Under the pieces are notes generated by a model. It searched no databases. It was given only the letters and a program-made list of their open reading frames with translations, and had not been told where the DNA came from. DNA of 64,000 nucleotides from Camelus ferus (Eukaryota): assembly GCF_009834535.1 (NCBI RefSeq), contig NC_045697.1, forward strand, positions 107,014,001 through 107,078,000, in the 5' to 3' direction. Positions 22,251-33,700 of this stretch are shown one piece after another (within the stretch, counting starts at the first letter, position 1; every line of letters starts with the position of its first letter). The position numbers were made by a program, and so were the translations under genes.

Positions 22251-24867
22251 TGTTCTTAAATGAAGGCAGGTAAGATCATAATTTGTAATTTACAATATTA
22301 GGATGTGAACCTGAGCAACTAAATGCAAGAAGCATCTGTTTTAACTCTAGTTTGCAAAATTTACAAATGCAGCACATTTTGTAGATTTAACCATACAAAT
22401 TTCCACCAAAATCTTTAGAAAAGAGGACATATTTTTACCCAATTATATGATTGTTCTGTAGATTTTAAGATTAAAAGTAGTATTTTATTTCAGACTTGAA
22501 AAAAGAACAGATTTTGTATGGAAGACCATATTATGATACTAATTTTTAAAATAGAAATTTTTTTCATGTGAAAAATTAAGAGGTTGCTTTCTTATGCCGT
22601 AATGTTTAAAAATCCACTCCAAGTCTGAATTATAAAGGAAATATTTATGGATCTCTGAACAGTTAACACAATCAGTTGGTATTTTTCCTTCAATCATTTG
22701 TCCTCCTCAAGCTTTAAACAATAAACACTTAACAATTAAATCAACCACAGTAAGAGTAAAATGGTTACAGCAATATTCCTTTCCCCAGCAAATGGTGATA
22801 TGAACAATCCAGATTTATAAAGTACTTCAAGTTTCTAAATGGCTTAGTTATAAATGCTGTATCTATGATCATTTTTGTCAAAGTCCCAGAATTATTCAGA
22901 ATTATTCTGAAGTTGCTTATAGGCAATTTAAATAAAAAAGGTTTTGATACCATTTTAATGACCAAAGAAAAATTACATATATGAAAAGTATATTCCTCCT
23001 CTTTCTGCTTTTCTAAGGAAACAGTTGGATATATTCATAGCATGGTCCAACTTTAACAAAGGTTCCTATCTGATACAAGGAAATAACTGATTAGCAAATA
23101 AAATAATTAGTAGAACCGAAAGCATCCCAAAGGAACTGGTTCATCTTCTTTATGCTGGAGGTAACTACATAGTCCATTACATATGCTAATAATGAGGCAC
23201 AGGAAGAGAATACATGTCAGATGTTACCCTTCAATATTCAAAATTTATTCTTTAAATCAACCCATTTTTTTTAACTTACTAAGAAAAATCCATGAATGAG
23301 AGATACAGAGAAAAATGTTCTAAAAAGCAATTTTAAAGATCAGAGGCAGAAGTTTGAGTTGGGGAAGGAGTGTATGGAGGGGTGAGCAGGAAAGCAGAGA
23401 TGGATGAAAAACTAGGAAGCTACTTAGAGCTCTGGTGCCCAGTTCACTTAATAAAACAGGCTTCAGTTGTAAGATTCTCAGGTAAAAATTCCCTAGTAAA
23501 AACAGTTCTATGTTTAGAAATATAAACATTGATCTTATCCGTTCTGAAATCATCTATCTCTACTCTTTCAACCTGTATCTTTTTCATGTCTCTCTTCCTG
23601 TAGATGCAGAATACACTTACTGTAATACTAAGTGGTTCAGACAAATATGATAATTTTTAAATAATACAAATGAATTTACTCTCTTGAGAAAATGTTCTAC
23701 TTTTTAAGAACACTTTTCAAATCAAGTAGTAGGTGCTTACTGATTTTAAGGGCACAGTAGTTAGTTTAAAAGATAAAAATGACGTCTTAAAATGACCATT
23801 TTTTTCACTCACAGAAGTATTTAATGCATTAGACATATATCTCTCTCCAACTATCCCAGGAAAAAAGACTTATCCCTTTTAAGTCTTGAAAAAAAGAAAT
23901 AAAAATTCTCCAAATTCAGTATCTTTTTTCCATCCTTATTTAATTTAATGCAGCTTACACACAAGAAGAGAAAAACATTCCAGCAACATAAGTGTCCTCA
24001 TTTACAAAATACCTTAAAGTACCAACGCCTATACAAAGTCAAAAGTTCTTCTAATAATTGGCTGAAAAAATTTTAAGAATGTAAATTAGCAACAGTTTTG
24101 ATTTCTGTAGTATTAGGAACGTTGCAGAGGTATAGGCAATTTCTGTGATTAGGCTCAAAGATCCTGTATTGCACAAGCAACAGGGAAAAAAATTAATTTA
24201 ATGATGCTTCATAGAATACGACAAGCAGAAATAAAAAAGTTCTAACTTCCTCTAGAGAAAAGTCAATAACTTCAAACAGCCTAACTTTAAAGACTGGTAG
24301 ATATTTTTTTAATAACGAGGACAATTCATTAGACACTTTTAAGTTAAATCATACTTTAGATTTTAAGCCATGTATGTCCAAAATCATAATAGAATATTCT
24401 GAATTAAATTTCAGCCTTTCAAACTCACAAAACTACCGTGAATTAGAGTGTTTAAGTAATTTTGGTTACCTTCCTTTCCTAAAGAAACTAAAATGCATTT
24501 TCAGACATTTAAGCCATGCAACAAAGTAAAAAAAATTTTAGTTGATGTAATTTCAGGATTAAACTTTTCTCTACATTGGATTAGTTGCATTTTCCAACTC
24601 AAAACAATCAGTTCCATCACAGACTTCCTTTCATAGAGTCTACCAAGTCCCATCTTAATAAAAGCAGCCACACTGAAACCAAGTGCTGGAAACACGCATG
24701 AGACAAGAGATGATTTGTTTATAAAGGTTTTCATAAAATTATAACATTTTCATTAAGAACGACTTTAGAATACTTCTAAGTCACTAAAACTTAATAATTC
24801 ACATGATTACAAAACGAAAGAATCTCCTACCAATAAACTCAAAATACATATATGTGTGTGTATGTCA

Positions 24868-24871
<4 letters not shown>

Positions 24872-24909
<38 letters not shown>
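24872..24909. repeat. (AC)19 microsatellite
   Basis: Direct reading. Confidence 0.95.
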
Positions 24910-24912
<3 letters not shown>

Positions 24913-25683
24913 CCAACAACCTGTAAAATAAACTATTTCCTTCTTAAAAACCTCTTCTCTTTCTACAGGTTGCTTATTTTGCTCATTTTAAAAGAGACTG
25001 TTTCTTCTCAGAACAAATTCTACCATTCACTTTCACGAAATAAACCTAATTTTGGGTTTATGGCTATGCTACAAATGTCTCTTAGTAAAATAAAGTTGCC
25101 AAGGTCTGAAAGGTAATCAGAAATGCATTTTAAAGGGGAAATTACATTTTCATTTAAGAATAGGAAATTATGCACTGCCTTGTAAAATTCGTAATGGGAA
25201 ACAGAGGTATCTCGCGCACACAAGACATGCGTACGTGCACAACAGAGTAGTAAGTTATGAGGACAAAGCAAGGAGAGTGATATATTGGTATTATATCCAG
25301 AAAATATAAAGGCTAAACAAAATAATTCCACTCTCAATCTCACTGAATTTTGTAGCTTAATTCATCCTGGACCCTTTGAGGCAAAATACATTTATAGACA
25401 ATATTCCCTGAAGTTCTCCCCCCACCTCTGAATGAGCTAATGATAAATGCAATTAAACAGAAATTGTTTTTGAATCTAAATGAACTTCAATAATCTAACT
25501 AGCTGGTAAGGGAATCATAAGCTAAAAGAGATAGGTGCCTTGCATACAGGCAGAAGCAATTCATCAAGAAATTCAAACTATGTCTATCAGATTTTACTAA
25601 TGCCAACCCTACCCAACAGCAGCCCTCCATCCCATCAGAAGGAAAAACAGTTCCATAAAAATGAAACCCACTCCTCATCTCAC

Positions 25684-25820
25684 CTTGGGGTCGATTTTCT
25701 TGAAGTAAGAGTCTTCTTCATCAACGTCGAAATAGAGTTCGGAAGAGGTGACAGAAAGAGTGCCCTTTACCACCACAGAGGGGGCCACAAGCTGAGCTGG
25801 TGTGCTCAGGCTAACAGGGC
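25684..25820 (-). CDS. LRBA: LRBA internal coding exon, 137 nt, phase 1 to 0: (G)PVSLSTPAQLVAPSVVVKGTLSVTSSELYFDVDEEDSYFKKIDPK (start of BEACH-associated PH domain)
   Basis: Not in the ORF track; translated by hand. Acceptor cctttccttttggcag|, donor CCCAAG|gtgaga; in frame with the 147-nt exon. Confidence 0.96.
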
Positions 25821-28336
25821 CTGCCAAAAGGAAAGGACAGGGTGAACAAGTTGGAATGACATTTAAAAAAAAATCACATAGATTGAGGCAGAAAATTTCA
25901 TTTCATTTTTAAATTCTCACATCTAGCACCAATTTCCTGCCAAGTCTTTTTACACTTACAAATTCTGTACACACAAAATCTCCCTCTGAAAATGCAAAGT
26001 TAGGGTTCTCATACCAAGAGATCTCTAACAGGGAGGATAATGGTAACAGTTAACTAGGATGCAATTGTTTTACGGGGAGTCTGCAAAGCTTTGGTCTAAT
26101 CTCCTGGTTAGAAGGTGGCTCTGCCTAAATAAGTCCTTCCACATTCCATTCAGAAAACAAGCCTCAGGCTATCAAACAACATGGAACAACAACCAGAAGC
26201 AAGGAAGACTCAATAGGCTGCCAAGGCCAGAGGTTAGCTTAGAGGTGGGCCGAGGCATGATTGCAAAAAGATCATCAGCTTATTAGTGAAGTGAGCAATG
26301 TTAAACCATATTCCCTGATAAAGATTTTGTACCAGGTTGACACAAAACCTCCTCCATAACAACTTTACCGCATGAAGGAGTGGTGAAAATACTTCTTTTC
26401 TAAGCCTGCCTTTCCACTGTTAAATATTGTGCAGTGCTTCCAAATCTAATATTAGTGTAGTTCAGGGACTCTGGGAGTAAACAGCTGGAGGGTGGGTTTC
26501 CAAGTGAATGAATTTTTATTGGAATAATCAAATCTCCACAGGGCTTATCAAAGAGACAAATCAGCCTGCTACTGAAAACAATAGATTCACTACAGATAGA
26601 ACAGCATAGAGTATATTAGAGCCCAACCTAAAGTAAGGACTAAAAATAATAATTAAACATGTATATATTTATGTAGAACACATGTAGGAAGAATTTGAAA
26701 TCCCATGTAAATTCCTCATTGTAAAAATCCTATAGGTGAAGAAAACAGCAAGAGAAGATTGGCATTTATGGTTCTGAATTAATATAGTGCCTATAAACAT
26801 GGTACACCTATTCAGGTAATCAATGGTGAATAAGTGTTTCAAAATTCAGACGAATTGACATTTTCATCGATTGTTAGGAGGGTGTTGGTCCTTAATCTCA
26901 CATCAATCTTAATGTGTGCCAGCAGGACAATAGGAGGGATGCTCTGCGGAGATCAGAACAGGTTTTGCCCTCTATTCCCAATGTACAAATACATTGTGTT
27001 TGCAGATGGGCAGCAGATAGCTGCAGAACAGCCATGATTTCCCAAAGCTCATCCCTATAAATGGATGAAATAAGCAGCTATGTGTTCTTTTGCTGTCTCC
27101 TTTGCCCTCCGTACATTAGCATGTAATCCTGAGAAGAAATAACATTTTTTCAATCATTCTCAGACATTCAATTACAGGGTAAGCAGACAGCTGCAGGAGC
27201 CAGGGCAGCCTAGGTCCTACAGAAGACCCCTGACAATTTCCACTTCATTTCTAACCCACACCACTTTATTAGTGTGGATTACTTCTTAATCCTATTGCCA
27301 TTGTCAAGATTATATAATTAAACTCCCCTTTCACCTCTATTACTGTATGAATGTATTACTAGTAGCAAGAATAGAAGCAAAATAAAGGAGGAGGAAGGGG
27401 GTAAATGGATGTGAAGAAAAAGACTAGAGAACAGCAGTGCCTCACTCACTCTCTACTCCCACCCCCAATCCCTTAGCAGTATGCTCCAATTAATTTTATT
27501 TTACTTTACAGGAGATTTACAGTCATCAGAGAAGATACCATCATCTATTTTTCATCATTGTTCATTGCATGTTAGCACAGGATGCAGATAGGTCACTAAA
27601 TAAAAGATCTCTCATGCTTTTTAAATTAAAGTTACCAAACTTGAAGATTATATAATTTTCACCTATAGAAACTGTAGAATCTTGCAGACTTTCCTCGTTG
27701 AGGGACAGAGTCCCAGGCATTAAAGAAAAAAAAAAAGCCATTTAATGAATGACTAAAATTTCAGGCTAAACAAGAGAATTTTTCCCATAAGGGAAGTAAA
27801 ACTGAAAATCTACAGAGTGCAAATCAAAATTCCTACATCAGGTAAAATATGTGAATCCTTGAAAAGCAATAGCATTCCTGGAATGGATTTTTTGAGAGAG
27901 TTAAATGTATATGCAGCATGTTCCCTAAGACCTGTATATCAAAGCAAATAGCTCATCAGCCTCCAAGCTGTATTCACAAAACAATAGGCATGATTTTACT
28001 TATAGCTCTCATTTTGTAGAGGTTAGGTAACTCCCATTAGATGGGTAAAGCTATCTAATTTTCTTGTTGCTGCTTTTCAACTGTTTTCTTTTCCAGTGAA
28101 TATTATTCATAAAAGAAAAAGATGAGTAGGGTAAAGAGAATGAACAGAATTGAAAAATAACGAGGAAACAGTATTGATCATTGGGGGAAAATGTCTGGAA
28201 GAACAAAAACAATCTTCATTGAATGTAACTGTGGCTGTAAAGTTGGTAATTCTAGCAGTCACCGCCCAAAACGTAAGTAATTAGATGCTTATTGGCCCAG
28301 AGCCAGCTGAAGTATGGGTACAACCGCTATATTTAC

Positions 28337-28483
28337 CGGTGAGATTCTCTAAATCTTTCTCATCCACGGATGACAGAGTATCGTCGTCACCTTCCAGGAG
28401 GATCTCATTTTCTGAGTTCTGATTTCCTAAAGCCTGACTCTTGATGGACTGTTTTCCTTTAGCAAGGATATCTTCATCTGCAG
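28337..28483 (-). CDS. LRBA: LRBA internal coding exon, 147 nt, phase 1 to 1: (A)ADEDILAKGKQSIKSQALGNQNSENEILLEGDDDTLSSVDEKDLENLT
   Basis: Acceptor tttccttttcatttcag|, donor ACCG|gtaaat; in frame with both neighbouring exons; matches the LRBA linker before the PH domain. Confidence 0.96.
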
Positions 28484-29189
28484 CTGAAATGAAAAGGAAA
28501 CAAAGCTGTCCATCAGCTCTGGGAAGAGCACTCTGGCAGAGGGGCAGGGAACTGAGGTAAGGAGAGGTGGCCAAAGATGGTCAATCGTTTTACACAGAGT
28601 CACCCACGGCGGGGAAAGTGATCGGATGGCCCACATGCTCCTTTTGACAAACGGGATTCCCCAAACCTAGTCTAATGTTACCCTGAGCAAGGACCCTAAT
28701 CCCATTAAATCTGACCCTTGCACTGCTCACCGAACCGTTTATTTACTTATAGTTAGGGCAGAAGAGGGTTCAAAAGCAGCACATTTTTTGGAAATGTGTT
28801 AGTAGAAAAAAAAAATCAGAACCTATTTGTGGAAACAATACCTACTTAACACTGAAAAATAAGGAAGACTGATTCATTCCTGCGAATGATATTACCGTGA
28901 CAAACATTCTGAAATGGCTGGGGAGGGGCTGTGGAGGAGAATCCAGAAGTAAGAAGGGTGAGAGCTAAGAGAGTCACAGCCAGTGCAGACTTAGGCCAGG
29001 TTCCGAAGCCATATCTGACACTGATAAAGCGCTAGCAGCTCCTAGAAGCTGCATGCTCTTCCTCTTCACTCCATCCTGCCTCTTTCCTTTCCGTCGCCCT
29101 TGCCCACATTTCACCCCTCCCACACCCCCACTCCAGCCCTTATACAAATATCCAAGAGCAAGGCAGTGTGGAAACTAAGTGGAGGCTCA

Positions 29190-29530
29190 AACGCTACCTC
29201 CTCCATGTGTTTAAACTAAAGGGCTAAGACGCCCCGGGGGCAAACATAACAGAAAGCCCGGGATGAGAGGCATCTGGGCAAAGAGCGTCGCGCTGCCGGA
29301 ACTGGAGCAGCCCGCGGAGAGCGGCGGCACCAGACTCCCGGCACTGCGACAAGGCTGCCAGAGAGGCAAGGAAGGAACGAAGGAGGGGAGAAGCAGCTCT
29401 GCCGAGCACCTACAGGCATCCGTGGAGCCTGAGAGGGGAGAGGGGGGCTGCTGAAGGGAGTAAACGCTGAAACTAAAAAATCTGACTTCACAGCCCCATA
29501 TCCCTCCAAGAGGACTCCCGTGGCTTTGAG
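29190..29530. promoter_or_regulatory. Small intronic CpG island about 0.7-1 kb upstream (LRBA orientation) of the 147-nt exon
   Basis: GC/CpG-rich block (e.g. GAGCGTCGCGCTGCCGG, CCCGCGGAGAGCGGCGGC) in AT-rich intron; no repeat recognised. Confidence 0.7.
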
Positions 29531-30539
29531 CAGCTTTCTCCTTAAGAAATACATAAAAGCAGATACTAATCTCTGGATGGTGATTTTTAAAAGCTCTCAG
29601 TGTCACAGAAGGGAAAGTTTAGAGTCCTCACCATACTCCTGACATCCTGGTTTCCAGATAGGGAAATCCCAGAGGTAAAGCACCTGATCCCCAGGCAGCA
29701 GCTACTGATATAGAAATCAGATGGCCAGGGCCTTTTGCTCCACTGCAGTATCCACGTAGGCATGAGGCCCCAAACCCAGGAAGGATAAAGCACTCAGTTT
29801 GCAGTAGCATGACTAATGTTTATCTATATAATTTATTCTAAATAGTTAAACTGCATGTATCTTACCTGGTTAACCTGACAAATCAAAGCTTCTTTGAGTT
29901 TAATAAGTATGAGTATGGATAATGTTAAAGGTAAAAGTTTATTTTTACCATATTTTTTGTGAGTTCACCATGTATATCTTTTATATACAAATACTTACGG
30001 CACTACTTAAAAGAACATAGGAGCTTTCTCTTAAATAAGGAAGTCATGAGAAGAAGCTTTCCATATTTAGCTTTGAATACCCTCTATGGATAAATAAAAT
30101 CTTATTTTCCTTCATACCCACATAGAGCATTGTACGCTGCACACATATGAAAGGCTGAATAAACATTTGAAAAGGACATAAAGTATCTAATTAAAATGGC
30201 TTTTTTAAAGCTACAAAGAAATACATCAAAATCCACTATTTTTTAGGAAAACAGCAGTATGTTTTTATATCATTTATATTTCAAGTATTCATATTTCCTT
30301 ACCTTTAAATAATAAACATTGCTTTTAGCCCAAACAAGATCTTTTCCAATTTACTATCAGTTTTACTAAAAATAAATTGGTCACTGAGAAACATTAGAAA
30401 TCACCATCTTCTATATTTTCTTATAAATAAAGTAAATTATAATAAATTTACAGTTGCCAGTGAGATTTTACTACAAAAATCAGTATGCTACATTCTAATT
30501 TCCTGGATTTATGATTCCTTCTTCAAAGCAGAAATAATA

Positions 30540-30765
30540 ACAATGCTAATAGTAAATGACACTTATCATGTGCCAAGGAGTGTTCAGAGCACTTTACATA
30601 TTTAACTCATTTAATTCTCATATACTTTCTACTAAATTCTCCTTTTCACATGAGTAACAGGCTCAGAGAAGTTACATAAATTGCTCAAGGAAACACAGTA
30701 AGAAGTAGAGTCAAGATTCAAATCCAGGCAATATGGCACCGGAATCTGGGCTTCTAACCACTTTG
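30540..30765. mobile_element. MIR SINE
   Basis: GCACTTTACATATTTAACTCATTTAATTCTCA...AGGCTCAGAGAAGTT...TTGCTCAAGG...GATTCAAATCCAGGC. Confidence 0.75.
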
Positions 30766-33700
30766 CCAGAGAAAGTGGTTAATAACCAATATACAAATAT
30801 GAATGTATATGTAATTTCCTGATTGGTTTACTGATCCTTATGTTTCTCATAATGCATTTAAAAGGTTAAAGTCAGAATCATAATAAGTAAGTACAGAATA
30901 AAAACATACTCATTTCCAAGCCTAAATTTGATGAGCATATGCCAAACACATCAGAAACAACTAAATTCAACACCTTGCTCAATACTTTCTCTGATTATTA
31001 CCATTCATGTCCTGAAGTACACCAAGCTTATTTGAAAGAAAAAAAAAAAAAGGAAAAACCATTTAATCTGTAAATATTTACCAAAAAATGAGTAAAAGTA
31101 GCCAGTGACAGTATGCAATGGTTTAACGTAGCTCAGTAAATAAATTCACATTCAAACAAATGGCCACTAAATATAATACTGAAATTTAAAAATTTTAAAT
31201 ATGTTCTCATCATGCTGATAACATATTAAAACACAGTAACTTTTGAATTAAGTAAAATTCTATGAAAAAAAATTTTAAGTACTATAGGTCTACTGTATGC
31301 ATATAAACACTCCTTTATTTATTTACCTATTTTTACAAGCTCAGATTCTGGAATTGTTCAACCTCAACTGAAAAACCTCTTGTCATGGAAAATATGCAGC
31401 TTACTGATATTTAGAATGGTTTTCCTGTAATTAACTCCCCCTTGAGGATTTTAAGTTAGCAGCAGTAAAATTACCAACAGTACTCTAATACACACCACAT
31501 GCGCTGGTGTTCCATTCTCAATGGTCTAATAGCTTTTTGCTAAAGAACTTTTTTTTTTTCAAAATTAGAACAAAACTGTCCCAAGCATAAAATAAAAGAT
31601 AATTATCATGTTTATATGTGCTGGGAAAAGTATATTTTTAAACTTTCGTTTGCCTTATACTCAATCAACCATTAAAACAAGAATCAATTATTTTGATACC
31701 TTCTGTGAGTATATTCTACATTTGTATAACAGCTTAATTAGATGAAGTTAAAATATACTTTTCGTGCAATTTTAAGGCTTGATTCAGATATTTTCTGGTT
31801 AATAAAATCATTACCAAACATGACAACAGTTTAAATTTTTCATGTGACTATTAACAAAGTGCCTTCATCTAATCTCACATTTTGTTCTGATTTAATATCG
31901 ATTTAACAAAATAACTAAACTGCAATTGTTACATAAAATTAGAGAAATCTGTCAAAAATGTTTTCTTTGAAATATAACTTTGATTCATTGAAGCTAAGAG
32001 CAATGAGAGGGCTCAGAGAAAAGCTGGTCCTCAAAATGTAAAGTTCAAGTTCTTGAGAGGTAGCTCTGGGCATGAGTTAACTATGCCACAGAGACTAGGT
32101 AAGTAAAATTAAAACAGAAAAAGAATACAGCAAATTGTTATATCTATGATATATAAATCTCTTCTTAAAAGTCCACTGTGCCAGTGAACTAGAATCATTA
32201 ATAGTCCACGTTAGAGTAAAAGAAGTTTACACATAAGAATTAGCCACTTTGTTAACATAAAAAAATAAAGATAGCTACTGGGATAACAAAGTGACATTAA
32301 CTGTACCTACAACATATACAAGTATCCACTGAAGTGTGATATGCAGGACACGCCGTAACTGTTTATTCTGAACAGGACACATAATGAATACCTACCTATA
32401 CACAACTATTATCCTAAATTCATTCCTCTTTATTAAATTTCCAAAGGGTTTCAAGTTAAGAAAATTTACTCTAGAAAAATTAGTGAAACTACAAAGGATA
32501 ATCAGGAGAACAAGTTCGCCTCCAAATGATCATGGGTTTCTCAAAAGTTTTAGGTAGAAACATACTGTTTGTGGATACTAAAAAGGAAACAATAGTACCC
32601 GGCATTACTGAAGATACAAGAGAACGGCATAATTTAGGATCTTTACAATGGTCTGTCATTCCTAGAAAATCAGATGAGTTACTTGTATCATTCCATGTGG
32701 TTACAACATACTTCTAAAACTATGTTAAATTCTCCTCATAACGTTTCTATTAACATGCACATTCTCTACTAAGTAAAAATGTCTTAAATTCAATAGGAGT
32801 CTACTGCTAAACTGCTTTAGTATTTGAATTAAAACCAATCTTTCCACCATTTAAAACATTTTTTATGGGGCTTTAATGTGAATATAAAATTCCCATTATA
32901 TTTAATAATGAATTTTAGAAGACAGTATAGCACAATGGTAAGAAAATCTGACTAGTCAGTCAACCTGCTGGGCTTTCGTTCTGTATTTACCAAGAATTAT
33001 GTTGGTCTTTTGTTTCCTCAGTTTCCTTATCTGTAAAGAATAAAGCTATACTAGACTTTAGCCCTAGGTTCTTCTTGGATCTAAAATGCTCCGATAATAA
33101 ATAACTGACCAACTGTTCTCTGTGCACTAGGAGGATATGAATCATTACAACTGATTTCTAATAGATTTTAAAACTGTAAAATGGAAGAAAATGCCCTCAA
33201 GAATTAAATATTCACCTCTGCTTGCTGCTGCCAATTTCTATAAAGAATGTTTAATCATAAGAGGAAGTCTTAATTTTAATTTTAAAATATGATTCAGTTT
33301 CTGCAAAGTTAAAGAAATCTCCTATTACAAAGTGACTTTTATAAATAACCACTTTGGAGGGTCTCTCTTTGAAAAATTACCTAAACCCCTTTTCCCCAAG
33401 CAAGTTAATGTGAACTTGGGAAGGGCAATTAAATTGTCAGAATTAAAAAATTTGTTTTTAACTAGAAGGTAGCCAGAAGTAGAGTCATGGGGCTGGTATT
33501 GATCGCCGGAACAGAGAACATCACTCTTCAGGTATTTACTCTGCCACCCTTACACCAGAGGCTTTCCTTCAAATCAAATCAATCTATAAAAAAGATGGCT
33601 CTTACGACTAAAATACATAACTAATCCTCAACAGCATTTCTATTTAGATGTGTTCCTTTGATAATGGTAATATAGTTCATGATGTTTTGAGATTCTGCAT

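Noticed and set aside
29211..29810. Several ORFs over the intronic CpG island
   Set aside because: GC-rich artefact; the frame that would join LRBA through the 29197 donor has a TAA just upstream.
30755..30781. 10-bp perfect inverted repeat TAACCACTTT/AAAGTGGTTA (and an 8-bp one near 47423-47447)
   Set aside because: Short, at MIR edges; no supporting context for function.
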